Source: an uncultured Clostridia bacterium (GTDB lineage Bacteria; Bacillota; Clostridia; TANB77; CAG-508). From it: 32,000 bases of DNA. This document shows positions 1 to 9,846 of this stretch, piece after piece. Position numbers and translations under genes: made by a program. Within the stretch, counting starts at the first letter, position 1; each line of letters begins with the position of its first letter. A model generated the notes under the pieces. It saw nothing but the letters and a program-made list of their open reading frames with translations. It ran no database searches and had not been told where the DNA came from. The stretch is taken from contig CALXXZ010000001.1 of NCBI GenBank assembly GCA_944392805.1, positions 100,856 to 132,855 on the forward strand, written 5' to 3'.

Positions 1-382
1 CATGTTTCTTGAACTCTCTTATTGCAGTTTCTGCCATGTCTACATTTTCATCTGTTTTCCCTAAAAATTTTAAGTTCTGTTTATTTTGAGTTAAAATAGA
101 ATATATTAACATTGCTTTTCCACATTTACTTAAGTTTGTTACTGTACTTCCAACAATTTCATTTATTACTCTATATGCCATTCTACTAAATGTTACTACT
201 TCAGCATTTAATACCGCTTTAGTATCTATTGATTCCATAAGCTTTTTTTCCGCTGTGAATGAAAACTGTTCTGGTGTTATTATTAATATTTTATTTTTTT
301 CTTTTATTTTTTTGGCAATTTCTTTATAACAGTATTCACTTTTTCCAGTTCCTGCTCTACCATATATTATTTGTAATCCCAT
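1..382 (-). CDS. addB: AddB/RexB (helicase-nuclease AddAB subunit B), N-terminal ~127 codons; gene continues past the window start
   Basis: Absent from the ORF track because it is open at the window edge. Reverse strand from ATG 382..380 reads MGLQIIYGRAGTGKSEYCYKEIAKKIKEKNKILIITPEQFSFTAEKKLMESID... Walker-A GRAGTGKS followed by ITPEQFSF is the typical AddB N-terminus. GGAGG (rc of 388..392) lies 5 nt upstream of the ATG. Confidence 0.7.
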   Translation of the reverse strand, partial: MGLQIIYGRAGTGKSEYCYKEIAKKIKEKNKILIITPEQFSFTAEKKLMESIDTKAVLNAEVVTFSRMAYRVINEIVGSTVTNLSKCGKAMLIYSILTQNKQNLKFLGKTDENVDMAETAIREFKKH

Positions 383-477
383 AATTTCCTCCTTTTGGTA
401 TTATATCTTATTTAAATGTATATTTTCAACTGTTTTGTCAATAATATGTATGAATATTTTTTTGAAAGGACATACAT

Positions 478-1572
478 ATGGATAATACAAAAATAGGAAA
501 TAAAGAAGCTATTGCATTATTAGTAACAATAGCATTTAATCATATGATATTAAGTATAACTAAATCAATAATAAGTTTTACAGGTTCTGCATCACTATTA
601 AACATATTATATGTTGGTGTTATAACAATTATATTTACTTGTATGATTTGTTATTTTCTAAACAAATTCCCGACATTTGATTTGATTGATATTTCAAAAT
701 ATCTAGGTGGTAATACATTAAAATGGATAATAGGGATACTATATGTTGCATATTTTATATTTTTTTCAGGAATATTATTGCACATATTCTCATCATCTCT
801 ACAAATAATATATTTTCCATTGACAAAAATCTTTTATATAAGTTTGTTTTTTATAATAGGTGCTATCATAGCATGTAATTTAAGACATAATTCAGTTTAT
901 AGAAGTACACTTATAATTTTTCCACTACTAATAATAAGTACATTATTTTTATTTTTATCTGATATACCATATTATGAAGTAGAAAAAATGTACCCTATTT
1001 TTGGAAATGGACTATTCACAACTTTTGTATCCGGATTGTGTAATATGTTTGCCTTCCAAGGATTAGCATATATATATTTTATGCCTCCGATATTAAAAGA
1101 ACCTACAAAAATCAAAAAAATAGCTGTTACATCAATAATATTTTCCTGTATATTTTTATTAATTATTATAGCAATTATTTTATTTTTATTTGCTGGTTTT
1201 GTAGAAACTGATGAATTAATGCCAATATATTCTGCGGCAAAATATATTGAATTTGGCTCATTTTTTAGAAAAATGGATTCGCTATTTATTTTAATTTGGA
1301 TAATTTCATTTGTAAGTTATTTAAGTATAACACTAAAATTTTCTACTAGTATTTTAAAAAAACTTACTAATATAAAAAACAGTTTTATTTTTACTTGTAT
1401 TTTAGGTTTTGCACTTTTAATGGTCAGTATTTGGCCCAAAGACTATTCAGTTTCCACAAATATTGCAGATATTGTGTATAAATATTCATTTTTTATATTA
1501 GTTATTGGAATTAGTTTTTTAGTATTACTATTTTCTGTAATAAAGCAAAAAATAAGGAAGTGGTTTAAATGA
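478..1572 (+). CDS. Spore germination protein, GerAB/GerKB-type (Ger(x)B) integral membrane permease subunit
   Basis: 364-aa polytopic membrane protein with about 10 hydrophobic segments. It overlaps by 4 nt (ATGA) with a downstream Ger(x)C-like gene. RBS AAAGGA lies upstream of the ATG. Confidence 0.7.
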   Translation: MDNTKIGNKEAIALLVTIAFNHMILSITKSIISFTGSASLLNILYVGVITIIFTCMICYFLNKFPTFDLIDISKYLGGNTLKWIIGILYVAYFIFFSGILLHIFSSSLQIIYFPLTKIFYISLFFIIGAIIACNLRHNSVYRSTLIIFPLLIISTLFLFLSDIPYYEVEKMYPIFGNGLFTTFVSGLCNMFAFQGLAYIYFMPPILKEPTKIKKIAVTSIIFSCIFLLIIIAIILFLFAGFVETDELMPIYSAAKYIEFGSFFRKMDSLFILIWIISFVSYLSITLKFSTSILKKLTNIKNSFIFTCILGFALLMVSIWPKDYSVSTNIADIVYKYSFFILVIGISFLVLLFSVIKQKIRKWFK

Positions 1573-2930
1573 GTAAAAACTTTGTAAAAATAATCGTTTT
1601 TTTTATATTAATAGCAATATTTATACATGCTTTTTCTGAATCATATGTTTCTCATAGTTTAACTAATTTAGCATATGTTTTGGCACTTGGAATTGACGTT
1701 GGTGAAAAAGCTAATTTAAAAATTACTGCTCAGTTCTCAAAAGCTACAGCATTTGATTCGAGTGGTGGTTCATCAGATTCTTCTAGTCAAATTGTTATGG
1801 TTTCAGGGGAAGCTGATTCAATTTTTAGTGGTATAAATCTATTAAACAGTTATATTGGTAAAGAACTTAACTTAGCACATTGCAATGTTGTAGTCTTTTC
1901 TGAAGAATTTGCTAAAAATGGAATTGGCACACAAATTTATAGTTTAATTAATAATGAAGAAGTACGACCATCTACTAATATCCTTGTTAGTAAATGTTCT
2001 GCATATGACTATTTAAATAATGTAAGGCCTAATATTGAAAAATTAACTATACAATATTTTGATACTTTTTCAATTACAAGTAGATTAACTGGATATATTT
2101 CTAATTTAACAATTGGTGAATTTTATAATAATCTTTCTTCAGAAATAAAAGCTGGTACTGCAATTCTTGGCGGTCTTAATGCTACAGCAAGAACAGAATC
2201 ATCAGAAAGCTCTACTGAAGGTTCTACAGAGAATTCTTCAAGCAAGAATGACTCTTCTTCTAAGTTAGATAGTCAGAATAGTAAATCTTCTTCTGAATCA
2301 ACCAGCCAAACTAGTGAGCCATCAAATGTAATAACAAATCCCGAAGACTTAATTGCTGGCTCAAGTTCAGTTGAAGGAGAACGTGGTACTGAAAATATTG
2401 GTTTAGCAGTTTTTAATGGTGATAAACTTTGTGGTGAATTAACTGCAACAGAAGCAATCTCTCATTTATTAATAAAAAATAAAGTAGATTCTTGTATAGT
2501 TTCTATTGATAATCCATTTAATAGCTCTAGTAATAATTCTAGTAAAGTAGAATTACAATTATATCCTACCAAAAAGTCTAAAGTTAATGTTAATATAAAA
2601 GATAATATTCCTCATATTTCTATAGAACTAAAAATTGATGCTGATATATTAACACTTGATGAAAATATTGATTATAAACAAGCCGATGTCCTTGAGACCT
2701 TTTCTAGAGCTACTACAGAATATCTAGAAAAAGAAATTTATGATTATTTAACTAAAGTTTCTAAAGAATATTCTACCGATATAGATAATTTCGGAAATAA
2801 AGCTCTGGCATATTTTGCGACTTCTTCTGAGTGGAAAGATTTTAATTGGTCAGAAAAGTTTAAAAAAGCAGAGTTTGATGTTAATGTAGATGTTACTGTA
2901 ATTTCTAGTTTGCTTATAACTAAAACTTAA
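1569..2930 (+). CDS. Ger(x)C-family spore germination protein, atypical (no lipobox Cys, Ser-rich insert)
   Basis: N-terminal LAYVLALGIDVGEK... and a C-terminal Ger(x)C-like domain (KALAYF...DVNVDVTV). The N-terminus MSKNFVKIIVFFILIAIFIHAFSES has no L-x-G-C lipobox. A Ser/Glu/Asn-rich insert of about 50 aa (ARTESSESSTEGSTENSSSKNDSSSKLDSQNSKSSSESTSQTSEPS) is present. Confidence 0.7.
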   Translation: MSKNFVKIIVFFILIAIFIHAFSESYVSHSLTNLAYVLALGIDVGEKANLKITAQFSKATAFDSSGGSSDSSSQIVMVSGEADSIFSGINLLNSYIGKELNLAHCNVVVFSEEFAKNGIGTQIYSLINNEEVRPSTNILVSKCSAYDYLNNVRPNIEKLTIQYFDTFSITSRLTGYISNLTIGEFYNNLSSEIKAGTAILGGLNATARTESSESSTEGSTENSSSKNDSSSKLDSQNSKSSSESTSQTSEPSNVITNPEDLIAGSSSVEGERGTENIGLAVFNGDKLCGELTATEAISHLLIKNKVDSCIVSIDNPFNSSSNNSSKVELQLYPTKKSKVNVNIKDNIPHISIELKIDADILTLDENIDYKQADVLETFSRATTEYLEKEIYDYLTKVSKEYSTDIDNFGNKALAYFATSSEWKDFNWSEKFKKAEFDVNVDVTVISSLLITKT

Positions 2931-2931
2931 C

Positions 2932-2952
2932 AAAAGGGGACGGTCCCCTTTT
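2932..2952. terminator. Bidirectional intrinsic terminator between convergent gerXC and the yitT-like gene
   Basis: AAAAGGGGA-cgg-TCCCCTTTT: 9-bp stem, 3-nt loop, with A/T runs built into both arms. Confidence 0.7.
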
Positions 2953-2955
2953 GAG

Positions 2956-3804
2956 TTATTCTTTAAATCCTTCTCCTAAAACTTCTCTTGCATTAGCAAC
3001 TACTATAAAGCATCTTTCATCAATATCTTTTGCAATATTCTTTATTTTAGAAATATCACTTCTAGAAGCTGCACATATTAAAATCAATTTATCTTTATTA
3101 CTATACATTCCTTTTCCGTAAAGTCCTGTTACACCTCTTTTTACCTCTTGTCCAATTCTATCAGAAATCTCTTGATTTTTATCAGAAATAATAAACAACA
3201 ATTTAGTATAATAAACACCTTCAAAAATAATATCAATCATTTTTCCATATAAATAAATTGCAATTACAGAATATAAACCAATTTCAATTTCTCTAAAAAA
3301 CAAAATATTTAAAACAATAATAACCATATCAATAATCATTAAATTTCTACTCATTGATATATGTGGGTTATAGGTTTTTATTATATTTCCTATTAATTCT
3401 GTTCCACCTGTTGAAGAATTAACTTTTAAAATAATTGCTGTACCAAGTCCAATTAGCACTCCACCATATATACAAGCTAAAAATCTGTCATTTGTTATTG
3501 AAGGACATTTATCAAAAATATCGATAAAAACTGATAATGAAATTGTTCCAACTATTGCTTTTACAAAAAATTCTTTTCCTAATCTATATCCTGCAAATAA
3601 AAATAGCGGTATATTTAAAATAAATGTCATTACACCAACTGGGATCTTTAATAAGTAATATGTTATTGTCGCAATACCTGCAAATCCTCCTGATGACAAT
3701 TGATTTGGTAATAAAAATGATGCTATTCCAAATGCCATAATTGATGACCCTAATATTGTTCCAATTATATCTATTATCCAATTTTTTATTTTTCGTTTAT
3801 TCAT
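2956..3804 (-). CDS. YitT-family membrane protein (DUF2179 C-terminal domain)
   Basis: Membrane N-terminal half plus a soluble C-terminal domain (..GVTGLYGKGMYS..LICAASRSDISKIKNIAKDID..CFIVVANAREVLGEGF) typical of YitT/YqfU proteins. Start moved to ATG 3804 (MNKRKIKNW...), which has AGGTGA 5-6 nt upstream. The track start at 3813 is a GTG inside that RBS. Confidence 0.75.
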   Translation of the reverse strand: MNKRKIKNWIIDIIGTILGSSIMAFGIASFLLPNQLSSGGFAGIATITYYLLKIPVGVMTFILNIPLFLFAGYRLGKEFFVKAIVGTISLSVFIDIFDKCPSITNDRFLACIYGGVLIGLGTAIILKVNSSTGGTELIGNIIKTYNPHISMSRNLMIIDMVIIVLNILFFREIEIGLYSVIAIYLYGKMIDIIFEGVYYTKLLFIISDKNQEISDRIGQEVKRGVTGLYGKGMYSNKDKLILICAASRSDISKIKNIAKDIDERCFIVVANAREVLGEGFKE

Positions 3805-3876
3805 AAAAATCACCTATATTACAATTATTTGTAATAATAGGTGATTTTATACTTTAACATTAATATCTTTTCTGCA

Positions 3877-4938
3877 TTATTTATGGTCTTCTAAAAATTC
3901 AGGATATTTTTCTAATACTTTCATTTCCATTTTTCCTTGTTTAATATTTTCATCTTGTTTTACTATTAATTCTAATGTATACATTTCTTTTAATTTTTCT
4001 ATATTTTCTCTTTTATGTCCTATTACATTATTTGCATCTTGAGGATTTACTGTTACTTCTACTTTTTTGACTTTCACATTTAATTGTTTTATTCTTGATA
4101 CTATTGCATCATACCATAAACCTGATTCCACTAATTGTCTAAATGCTGGATGATATGGTCCTGCTACTACTTCGCTATTTTCGTCATTTGGGTCTGTTAT
4201 TGTATCTGTATTTTGTAACCCTATTCTTATTATTTCAATATTTTTTTTGTTAAACATTGCTACTAATTCTTTGCAAATTTCAACTGCTTGCACTACTGTT
4301 AATGGTTTATATTTTCCTTCTAAATATTCTTTTTCTAATTTTGTATTTTTTATTACTAATACAGGATATATTCTTACCATTTTAGGTTTTAGCTTGATTA
4401 ATTCTTTTGCAGTGTTTATTTCATCTATTCTTGTACTTTCTGGCAATCCTACCATCATTTGATGTCCTAATTTAAATCCATGCCATCTGATTAATTTTGA
4501 TGCTTTTTTTACATCTGCAAAAGTATGTCCTCTATTACTTTGTTTTAATATATAATCATTTGTTGATTGTACACCTAATTCTATTGTTTCTACTTTATAT
4601 TTTTTTAATCTCTTTAGAATTTCTTTATCTATGTAATCTGGTCTTGTTGATATACGTATACTGTCTATTTTTCCTTGTTTTATGTATTCATATGCTGTTT
4701 GTAAATATTCTTCTTGTTTTTCCGGTTCTATTCCAGTAAAACTTCCACCAAAAAATGCTACTTCTTTTTTTGCTTCTTTATCTTTTATGTTTTCTAAATA
4801 GAATTCTATTGTTTTTATTATATCTTCTTTTGTGATTGGTTTTAGTTGACCACTTATTGATTTTTGATTACAAAATTTACAATCATTTGGACATCCTAAA
4901 TGTGGTACAAATATTGGTATGATATATTGCTTTTTCAT
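3877..4938 (-). CDS. Radical SAM protein, ELP3-like (COG1243-type)
   Basis: N-terminal IPIFVPHLGCPNDCKFCNQ radical-SAM Cys motif (C-x3-C-x2-C-type). 353 aa. Lies immediately downstream of rnc, as in many Clostridia. Confidence 0.7.
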   Translation of the reverse strand: MKKQYIIPIFVPHLGCPNDCKFCNQKSISGQLKPITKEDIIKTIEFYLENIKDKEAKKEVAFFGGSFTGIEPEKQEEYLQTAYEYIKQGKIDSIRISTRPDYIDKEILKRLKKYKVETIELGVQSTNDYILKQSNRGHTFADVKKASKLIRWHGFKLGHQMMVGLPESTRIDEINTAKELIKLKPKMVRIYPVLVIKNTKLEKEYLEGKYKPLTVVQAVEICKELVAMFNKKNIEIIRIGLQNTDTITDPNDENSEVVAGPYHPAFRQLVESGLWYDAIVSRIKQLNVKVKKVEVTVNPQDANNVIGHKRENIEKLKEMYTLELIVKQDENIKQGKMEMKVLEKYPEFLEDHK

Positions 4939-4951
4939 ACACTCACCTCTC

Positions 4952-5620
4952 TTATTTTAAGTTTTCTAATGCTCTCCTTGCAGCTTCCATTTCTGCATGT
5001 TTTTTTGTTTTTCCTTCTCCTGTTGCTAATTTTTTATTATTGCATTCTACTTGTGCTTCAAATGTTTTATCATGGTCTGGCCCTGTTTCTTTTATTATTG
5101 TATATACTATTTTTACTTCTCCATGTTCTTGTAATTTTTCTTGTAATACTGTTTTATAATCTTTTTGCCCTACATTTTGACTTGCTACTTTTATTTCTTC
5201 TTTTAAATTTTCTATTATGAATTTTTTTGCTTCTTCTAAACCACCATCTAAATAAATAGCTGCTATTACTGCTTCTACACTATCTGCTAATATTGCTGGT
5301 CTAACCTCTTCTGCTGACATTTTTTCTGATTTCCCAAGATTTAAGAAATCACTAAAATTAAGCTTTTTTGCAATTTTATATAAACTGTTCTCACATACTA
5401 CTGTTGCTCTAACTTTAGTCATTTCTCCTTCTTTTAAATTGGGATAATTTTCAAATAGATACATGCTTGATATGAATTCTAATATACTGTCACCTAAAAA
5501 TTCCAATTTTTCATTACTTTCTACTTTATGTTCATATGCATATGATGTATGTGTTAATGCTTTATTTAATAATTGTTTGTTTGTAAAAGTATATCCAATT
5601 TTTTCCTCTAAACTTTTCAT
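4952..5620 (-). CDS. rnc: Ribonuclease III
   Basis: The RNase III signature ..NEKLEFLGDSILEF.. and a C-terminal dsRBD (..DYKTVLQEKLQ..GPDHDKTFEAQV..GEGKTKKHAEMEAARRALENL) are both present. Confidence 0.92.
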   Translation of the reverse strand: MKSLEEKIGYTFTNKQLLNKALTHTSYAYEHKVESNEKLEFLGDSILEFISSMYLFENYPNLKEGEMTKVRATVVCENSLYKIAKKLNFSDFLNLGKSEKMSAEEVRPAILADSVEAVIAAIYLDGGLEEAKKFIIENLKEEIKVASQNVGQKDYKTVLQEKLQEHGEVKIVYTIIKETGPDHDKTFEAQVECNNKKLATGEGKTKKHAEMEAARRALENLK

Positions 5621-5739
5621 GTTTTCCTCCTAATTTTATGATTATATTATATACTATTTTGTATTTTTTTCAAGTTTTTTATCAAAAAAGTTTATTTATA
5701 ATTGTTTAAATGGTATAATATAGGAATAAGGAGTATTTT

Positions 5740-6672
5740 ATGAACAAGAAAAATTTAGTTTTACTATTAATTTTTATAATTATATTTTTTATAATTGGCA
5801 TAATAGTCTATCCAATCTTTTATAATTCTAAAGATGATGATTTAGATATGACTACATCTTTAGATAAAGATTCTGATGAAATGATGAGTATAGATATATT
5901 ATCTAATTTAAGTTTTTTTAAAATATTAGTAGGAGACTCTGATTCCGAATATGGACCAATGTATTCTGAAAAATTTGTTACTATTAGATCCAATGATAAT
6001 ATTGAGAATTTACAAAAAATGCTTGCTTCTGCAAAACCTATTACTATAGATAATGCAAGAGGATATGACACACCTACTACTGCTCTTTGTTATCTAGAAG
6101 ATAATTCTATGTATAGTTTTTTTGTTATTTCTCCTAATGTAATTGTTTTTTCTGATAGTGATTATAATAAAACTATATATGAATTGGATTCACAATATGA
6201 TATTGAAGAATTTTTAACTACTTTATACAATGTAAATATAAATTCTTATAAATATTCTGTTTCTTCAAAAAATGGGAAATATGGAGTAAAATATTCGAAG
6301 TCTCAAAATATTGTTAAACCAATATATGATAATGTTACTATTATAAATCCTAATGTGGATGTTTTCGCAGTAACACAAGATGGAGTTACAACTTTTATTG
6401 ATAAATATATGGAAAATCCATATCCAAATTTTGAAAGTGTTGAATTAGTCCCTAGTTCTACTACTGGAAAATATGAGAATGCAATTAAATTCATAGAAAA
6501 TAATAAATATGGTTTAGCAAGCTTAGATGGACAAATATTGCTACCTGCTGAATATGATAGTATAGAAAGCTATCCTTCAAATAAAAATTGCTTAATTTTG
6601 ACTAATAATGATATTCAAACAATAATTAAGTTGGTTCCATATGGATATGAAGATATTTCTGGTGGTTTTTAA
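5740..6672 (+). CDS. Membrane-anchored hypothetical protein with WG/KWG-like repeats in the C-terminal half
   Basis: N-terminal TM helix (LVLLLIFIIIFFIIGIIVYPIF). The C-terminal half has repeats of the form NGKYGV...IVKPIYDNV and NNKYGLASLDGQILLPAEYDSIE. Confidence 0.5.
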   Translation: MNKKNLVLLLIFIIIFFIIGIIVYPIFYNSKDDDLDMTTSLDKDSDEMMSIDILSNLSFFKILVGDSDSEYGPMYSEKFVTIRSNDNIENLQKMLASAKPITIDNARGYDTPTTALCYLEDNSMYSFFVISPNVIVFSDSDYNKTIYELDSQYDIEEFLTTLYNVNINSYKYSVSSKNGKYGVKYSKSQNIVKPIYDNVTIINPNVDVFAVTQDGVTTFIDKYMENPYPNFESVELVPSSTTGKYENAIKFIENNKYGLASLDGQILLPAEYDSIESYPSNKNCLILTNNDIQTIIKLVPYGYEDISGGF

Positions 6673-6750
6673 TTACCAAATTTTAGGGTATTTACAAATA
6701 TCTTATTTTTATATATTTTTTATATTAAAATTTTATCATGGGGTGATTTT

Positions 6751-6960
6751 ATGGTAAATTTTAATATTGAAGAGTTATTAAAAAAGAAGAAGAAATCGAA
6801 GTACTGGTTGTGCCAAAATATGAATATTACTACCAGAAATCTAAACCGTGTTATCCGTGGAGAAACTACTTCTATTTCGTTCAAATATTTAGAAGAGCTT
6901 TGCACTTATCTAGACTGCTCTTTAGAGGAATTAATGGAAATAAAAAAGGAAGCTAAATAA
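6751..6960 (+). CDS. Small XRE/Cro-type helix-turn-helix protein
   Basis: 69 aa. SKYWLCQNMNITTRNLNRVIRGETTSISFKYLEELCTYLDCSLEELM matches the short HTH_26/XRE pattern. Confidence 0.65.
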   Translation: MVNFNIEELLKKKKKSKYWLCQNMNITTRNLNRVIRGETTSISFKYLEELCTYLDCSLEELMEIKKEAK

Positions 6961-6976
6961 CTTCCTTTTTTATTTT

Positions 6977-7216
6977 TTAAACATTTTCTTTTATGTAGTC
7001 AACTACGTCTCCTACTGTTACAACTTTTTCTGCATCTGCATCTGGGATTTCTATGTCAAATTCTTCTTCTAAAGCCATTACTAATTCTACTATATCTAAA
7101 GAGTCTGCACCTAAATCATCTATAAAAGATGCTTCCATTGTAACTGATGTATCAGCTACACCTAGTTGCTCTATTATTATTCCTTTTACTTTTTCAAAAA
7201 CTTCTTCTGAACTCAT
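6977..7216 (-). CDS. acpP: Acyl carrier protein
   Basis: The phosphopantetheine site [19 protein letters not shown] is present. Start moved to ATG 7216 ([11 protein letters not shown]), because the upstream MGGGELV codons of the track ORF are the GGAGGAGGTGA RBS. Confidence 0.92.
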   Translation of the reverse strand: MSSEEVFEKVKGIIIEQLGVADTSVTMEASFIDDLGADSLDIVELVMALEEEFDIEIPDADAEKVVTVGDVVDYIKENV

Positions 7217-7357
7217 AACAAGTTCACCTCCTCCCAAGTATTAAATGATATATTTAATATTTCATTCTTATCTTTAACATTTATATTATATGTTCTTGTA
7301 TTTGTCAAGCATATTTATAATTTTTTTTATTTTTTATACTAGGTATTCGGGTTTTCT

Positions 7358-8377
7358 TTATTTTTTTGCCTCAAATTCCTCTATCATTCTTTCTACAGCC
7401 TTGTTTTCTACGAATTTTTCTGCTTGTTGTATTGTATATTCAAATAATCTCTCATCACTACTTCCATGTGCTTTTACAACTGGTTTTTTAACACCTAGAA
7501 ATAATGCTCCACCATATGTTTTATAATCCATTGTCTTTTTAAATCTATTTATTGCTGGTAAACATGGTATTGTACATATTTTTGATATTAAATTTTTTGT
7601 TAAACTTTCTGTTAATGTTCTTTTAACAAATTTTCCTAGCCCTTCTGTTGTTTTTAAAAATACATTTCCAGTAAATCCATCTGTTACTATTGCATCTATT
7701 TTTCCTGAAAAAGCATCTCTACCTTCTACGTTTCCTACAAAGTTTATATTCAATTCTTCTGATTTTTCTTTTAATAAGTTGTAACTTTCTCTTACTAGTT
7801 CATTTCCTTTTGTTTCTTCAGTTCCTATATTTAATAGCCCTATTGCTGGCTTTTCTATTCCAAATGTATTTCTTAAATATATTGTTGACATTTGTGCAAA
7901 TTGAAGTAAATTAATTGGCTTACAATTTGTATTTGAACCAGCATCTATTAATAGTAGTTGACTTTTATATGCTGGTAGTATTCCTGCTAATGCTGGTCTA
8001 TCTATTCCTTTTATCCTTCCTACTAATAATGTTGCTCCTGCAAGTAATGCTCCAGAGTTTCCTGCTGATATAAATACATCTCCTTCACCTTCTTTTAGCA
8101 TTTTAAAACCTACTACCATTGATGAGTCTTTTTTGTGTTTTATTGCTACTGTTGGTTGGTCTTCCATTTCTATCGTTTCTGTTGCATTTTTTATTTTTAG
8201 TCTTTCTGATATTTCTTCTATTTCTTTTCCATAAAATTCTTTTATTTTACTTCTTATAACTTCTTCTTTCCCTACTAGTGTTACATTTGCTTTTACTTTT
8301 GTTATTGCATTTACTGCTCCTTTAATATTTGCGTCTGGTGCATTGTCTCCACCCATCGCATCTAGTAATATGTTCAT
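7358..8377 (-). CDS. plsX: Phosphate acyltransferase PlsX
   Basis: MNILLDAMGGDNAP..., ..AGNSGA.., ..DGFTGNVFLKT.., ..GGALFLGV..PVVKAHGSS are all typical PlsX blocks. Confidence 0.92.
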   Translation of the reverse strand: MNILLDAMGGDNAPDANIKGAVNAITKVKANVTLVGKEEVIRSKIKEFYGKEIEEISERLKIKNATETIEMEDQPTVAIKHKKDSSMVVGFKMLKEGEGDVFISAGNSGALLAGATLLVGRIKGIDRPALAGILPAYKSQLLLIDAGSNTNCKPINLLQFAQMSTIYLRNTFGIEKPAIGLLNIGTEETKGNELVRESYNLLKEKSEELNINFVGNVEGRDAFSGKIDAIVTDGFTGNVFLKTTEGLGKFVKRTLTESLTKNLISKICTIPCLPAINRFKKTMDYKTYGGALFLGVKKPVVKAHGSSDERLFEYTIQQAEKFVENKAVERMIEEFEAKK

Positions 8378-8464
8378 CTTGTTTCCTCCTATTTATGATT
8401 ATTCATGTTGCTTATATTTTATTATTGTTTTATTAAAATTGCAATAGTTTTATAAAATTTATGT

Positions 8465-8501
8465 AAAAAAGAAACACTAATCTTTGAAGTGTTTCTTTTT
8501 T
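8465..8501 (-). terminator. Intrinsic terminator (bidirectional form) after the 8520..9548 gene
   Basis: AAAAAAGAAACACT-aatctttga-AGTGTTTCTTTTTT: 8-bp core stem extended by complementary A/T runs. Confidence 0.65.
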
Positions 8502-8519
8502 CATCTTATTTTTTAATTA

Positions 8520-9548
8520 TTATAATTCAGGCTCATCATCTTCTTGAGTTGGTTCTGAATTTTGTTGTCCTTCATTACTTCTATCACCATTTTCTGGTGC
8601 AGAAGGTGCTTCTGTTTGTGGTTCTTCTACTTTAGCCTCTTGTCCAATTCTCTCTCTAAATGCTACTGCTTTATCTTTTCCTAATTCATTTTGTTTATTT
8701 TGCATTTCTTCTTTTTGTTTTTCTTTCATTTTTTCTTTTTCAGCTTTATATCTCTCTTTTAATTCTTCCATTTGTTTCTCATATTCGTCATCTATCTCAT
8801 TCATTTCGAATTTATATGTTTCTTTCATACCTTTAAGTTCTCTTTTTTCTTCTCTATATGCTTTAATTTCTTCTGACATATTTTTAAAGAAATCTCCTAT
8901 TTTAGAAAATACATTAAATTTTTGTTTAAGCACTAATGATTTTTCTTCTTTATCAAGTCTTTTTTTACCACGTTTATAATAATCACTACTAAACTCTAAA
9001 TTATCTTTTTCATTGTCTAATTTTTCATATAATTTTTCTAATTTTTCTCTTTTTTGAGCAATTTGCTCTATTTTTCTAGCTGTTTCTTGTGCTTCTGGGT
9101 TTTTACTATTTTTCAACCTTTCTGTAAGATTTTCTATTCCTCCTGATTCTCTAACATATTTTTCAGGATATAAGAAACCTTCTGATTCTACATCATATTC
9201 TTCATTTGCTCTCATATCTCTTTCTAATGCTCTTATTTCATTATTTAATGTTGCTATTTTTTCTATTGACTTATCTTCTCTTCTTTCTTTTCTTGCTAAT
9301 AATAAGTCTCTTCTATCGTTATATTCAGCTTTTATATTTTGTAAATCTATCTCTCTTTGAATTTTTGAAAGCAACATTTTTACTTGAAAGGACATTAAAT
9401 GTCTTTTTAATGGACTTTTATCTTGTTCTATTTTTTCTGTTAATTTGTTAATTTTTTCTACTAATTTTTTTGATTTTTCTGACATATTTGGATCTTGCGT
9501 ACTTATTGGCTCAATCTTTTCTTCTAAATTTTCTTTATCTTGTGCCAT
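8520..9548 (-). CDS. Hypothetical K/E-rich coiled-coil protein with an acidic, Pro/Gln-rich tail
   Basis: 342 aa of heptad-like charged sequence. GGAGGGG RBS lies upstream. No recognisable catalytic motif. Confidence 0.55.
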   Translation of the reverse strand: MAQDKENLEEKIEPISTQDPNMSEKSKKLVEKINKLTEKIEQDKSPLKRHLMSFQVKMLLSKIQREIDLQNIKAEYNDRRDLLLARKERREDKSIEKIATLNNEIRALERDMRANEEYDVESEGFLYPEKYVRESGGIENLTERLKNSKNPEAQETARKIEQIAQKREKLEKLYEKLDNEKDNLEFSSDYYKRGKKRLDKEEKSLVLKQKFNVFSKIGDFFKNMSEEIKAYREEKRELKGMKETYKFEMNEIDDEYEKQMEELKERYKAEKEKMKEKQKEEMQNKQNELGKDKAVAFRERIGQEAKVEEPQTEAPSAPENGDRSNEGQQNSEPTQEDDEPEL

Positions 9549-9566
9549 TTTTATCCCCTCCTATTT

Positions 9567-9713
9567 TTATTCATTATTTTCTATTTTTCTAAGAAGTTCA
9601 TTTAGTTTTCTCTTGCATTTTATCAATGTTTCTTGGTCTACACCTTTAAAATCATCATCTGTAAATTCAATTCCATATTCCTCAAATACTATTTTATCGT
9701 TATTTTTTTCCAT
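9567..9713 (-). CDS. Small hypothetical protein (48 aa)
   Basis: MEKNNDKIVFEEYGIEFTDDDFKGVDQETLIKCKRKLNELLRKIENNE. AAGGAG lies 7 nt upstream of ATG 9713. The longer track ORF (to 9854) would overlap the tuf stop and terminator. Confidence 0.4.
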   Translation of the reverse strand: MEKNNDKIVFEEYGIEFTDDDFKGVDQETLIKCKRKLNELLRKIENNE

Positions 9714-9801
9714 AAAAAAACTCCTTTCTTTTGTATAATTATATATTTCCAAATTTATTATACAATATTTTACTTTTTTTGTCAACTTTTCAAGAAACAC
9801 A

Positions 9802-9832
9802 GAAAAAGAGCCAAACTTAAATGCTTGACTCT
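9802..9832 (-). terminator. Intrinsic terminator after tuf
   Basis: On the minus strand: AGAGUCAA-gcauuuaagu-UUGGCUCU (one G.U pair) followed by UUUUCU. Confidence 0.6.
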
Positions 9833-9846
9833 TAATATATTTTAAA

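Noticed and set aside
4247-5220. Leu/Phe/Ser-rich ORFs antisense to real genes. This interval has three examples; others include 7053..7244, 9206..9738, 12063..13400, 14760..15213, 20924..21942, 23078..24351, 25255..25683 and 29207..30304.
   Set aside because: These are mirror-frame artefacts of AT-rich coding sequence. They are low-complexity, have no RBS, and are fully nested in well-supported genes on the other strand.
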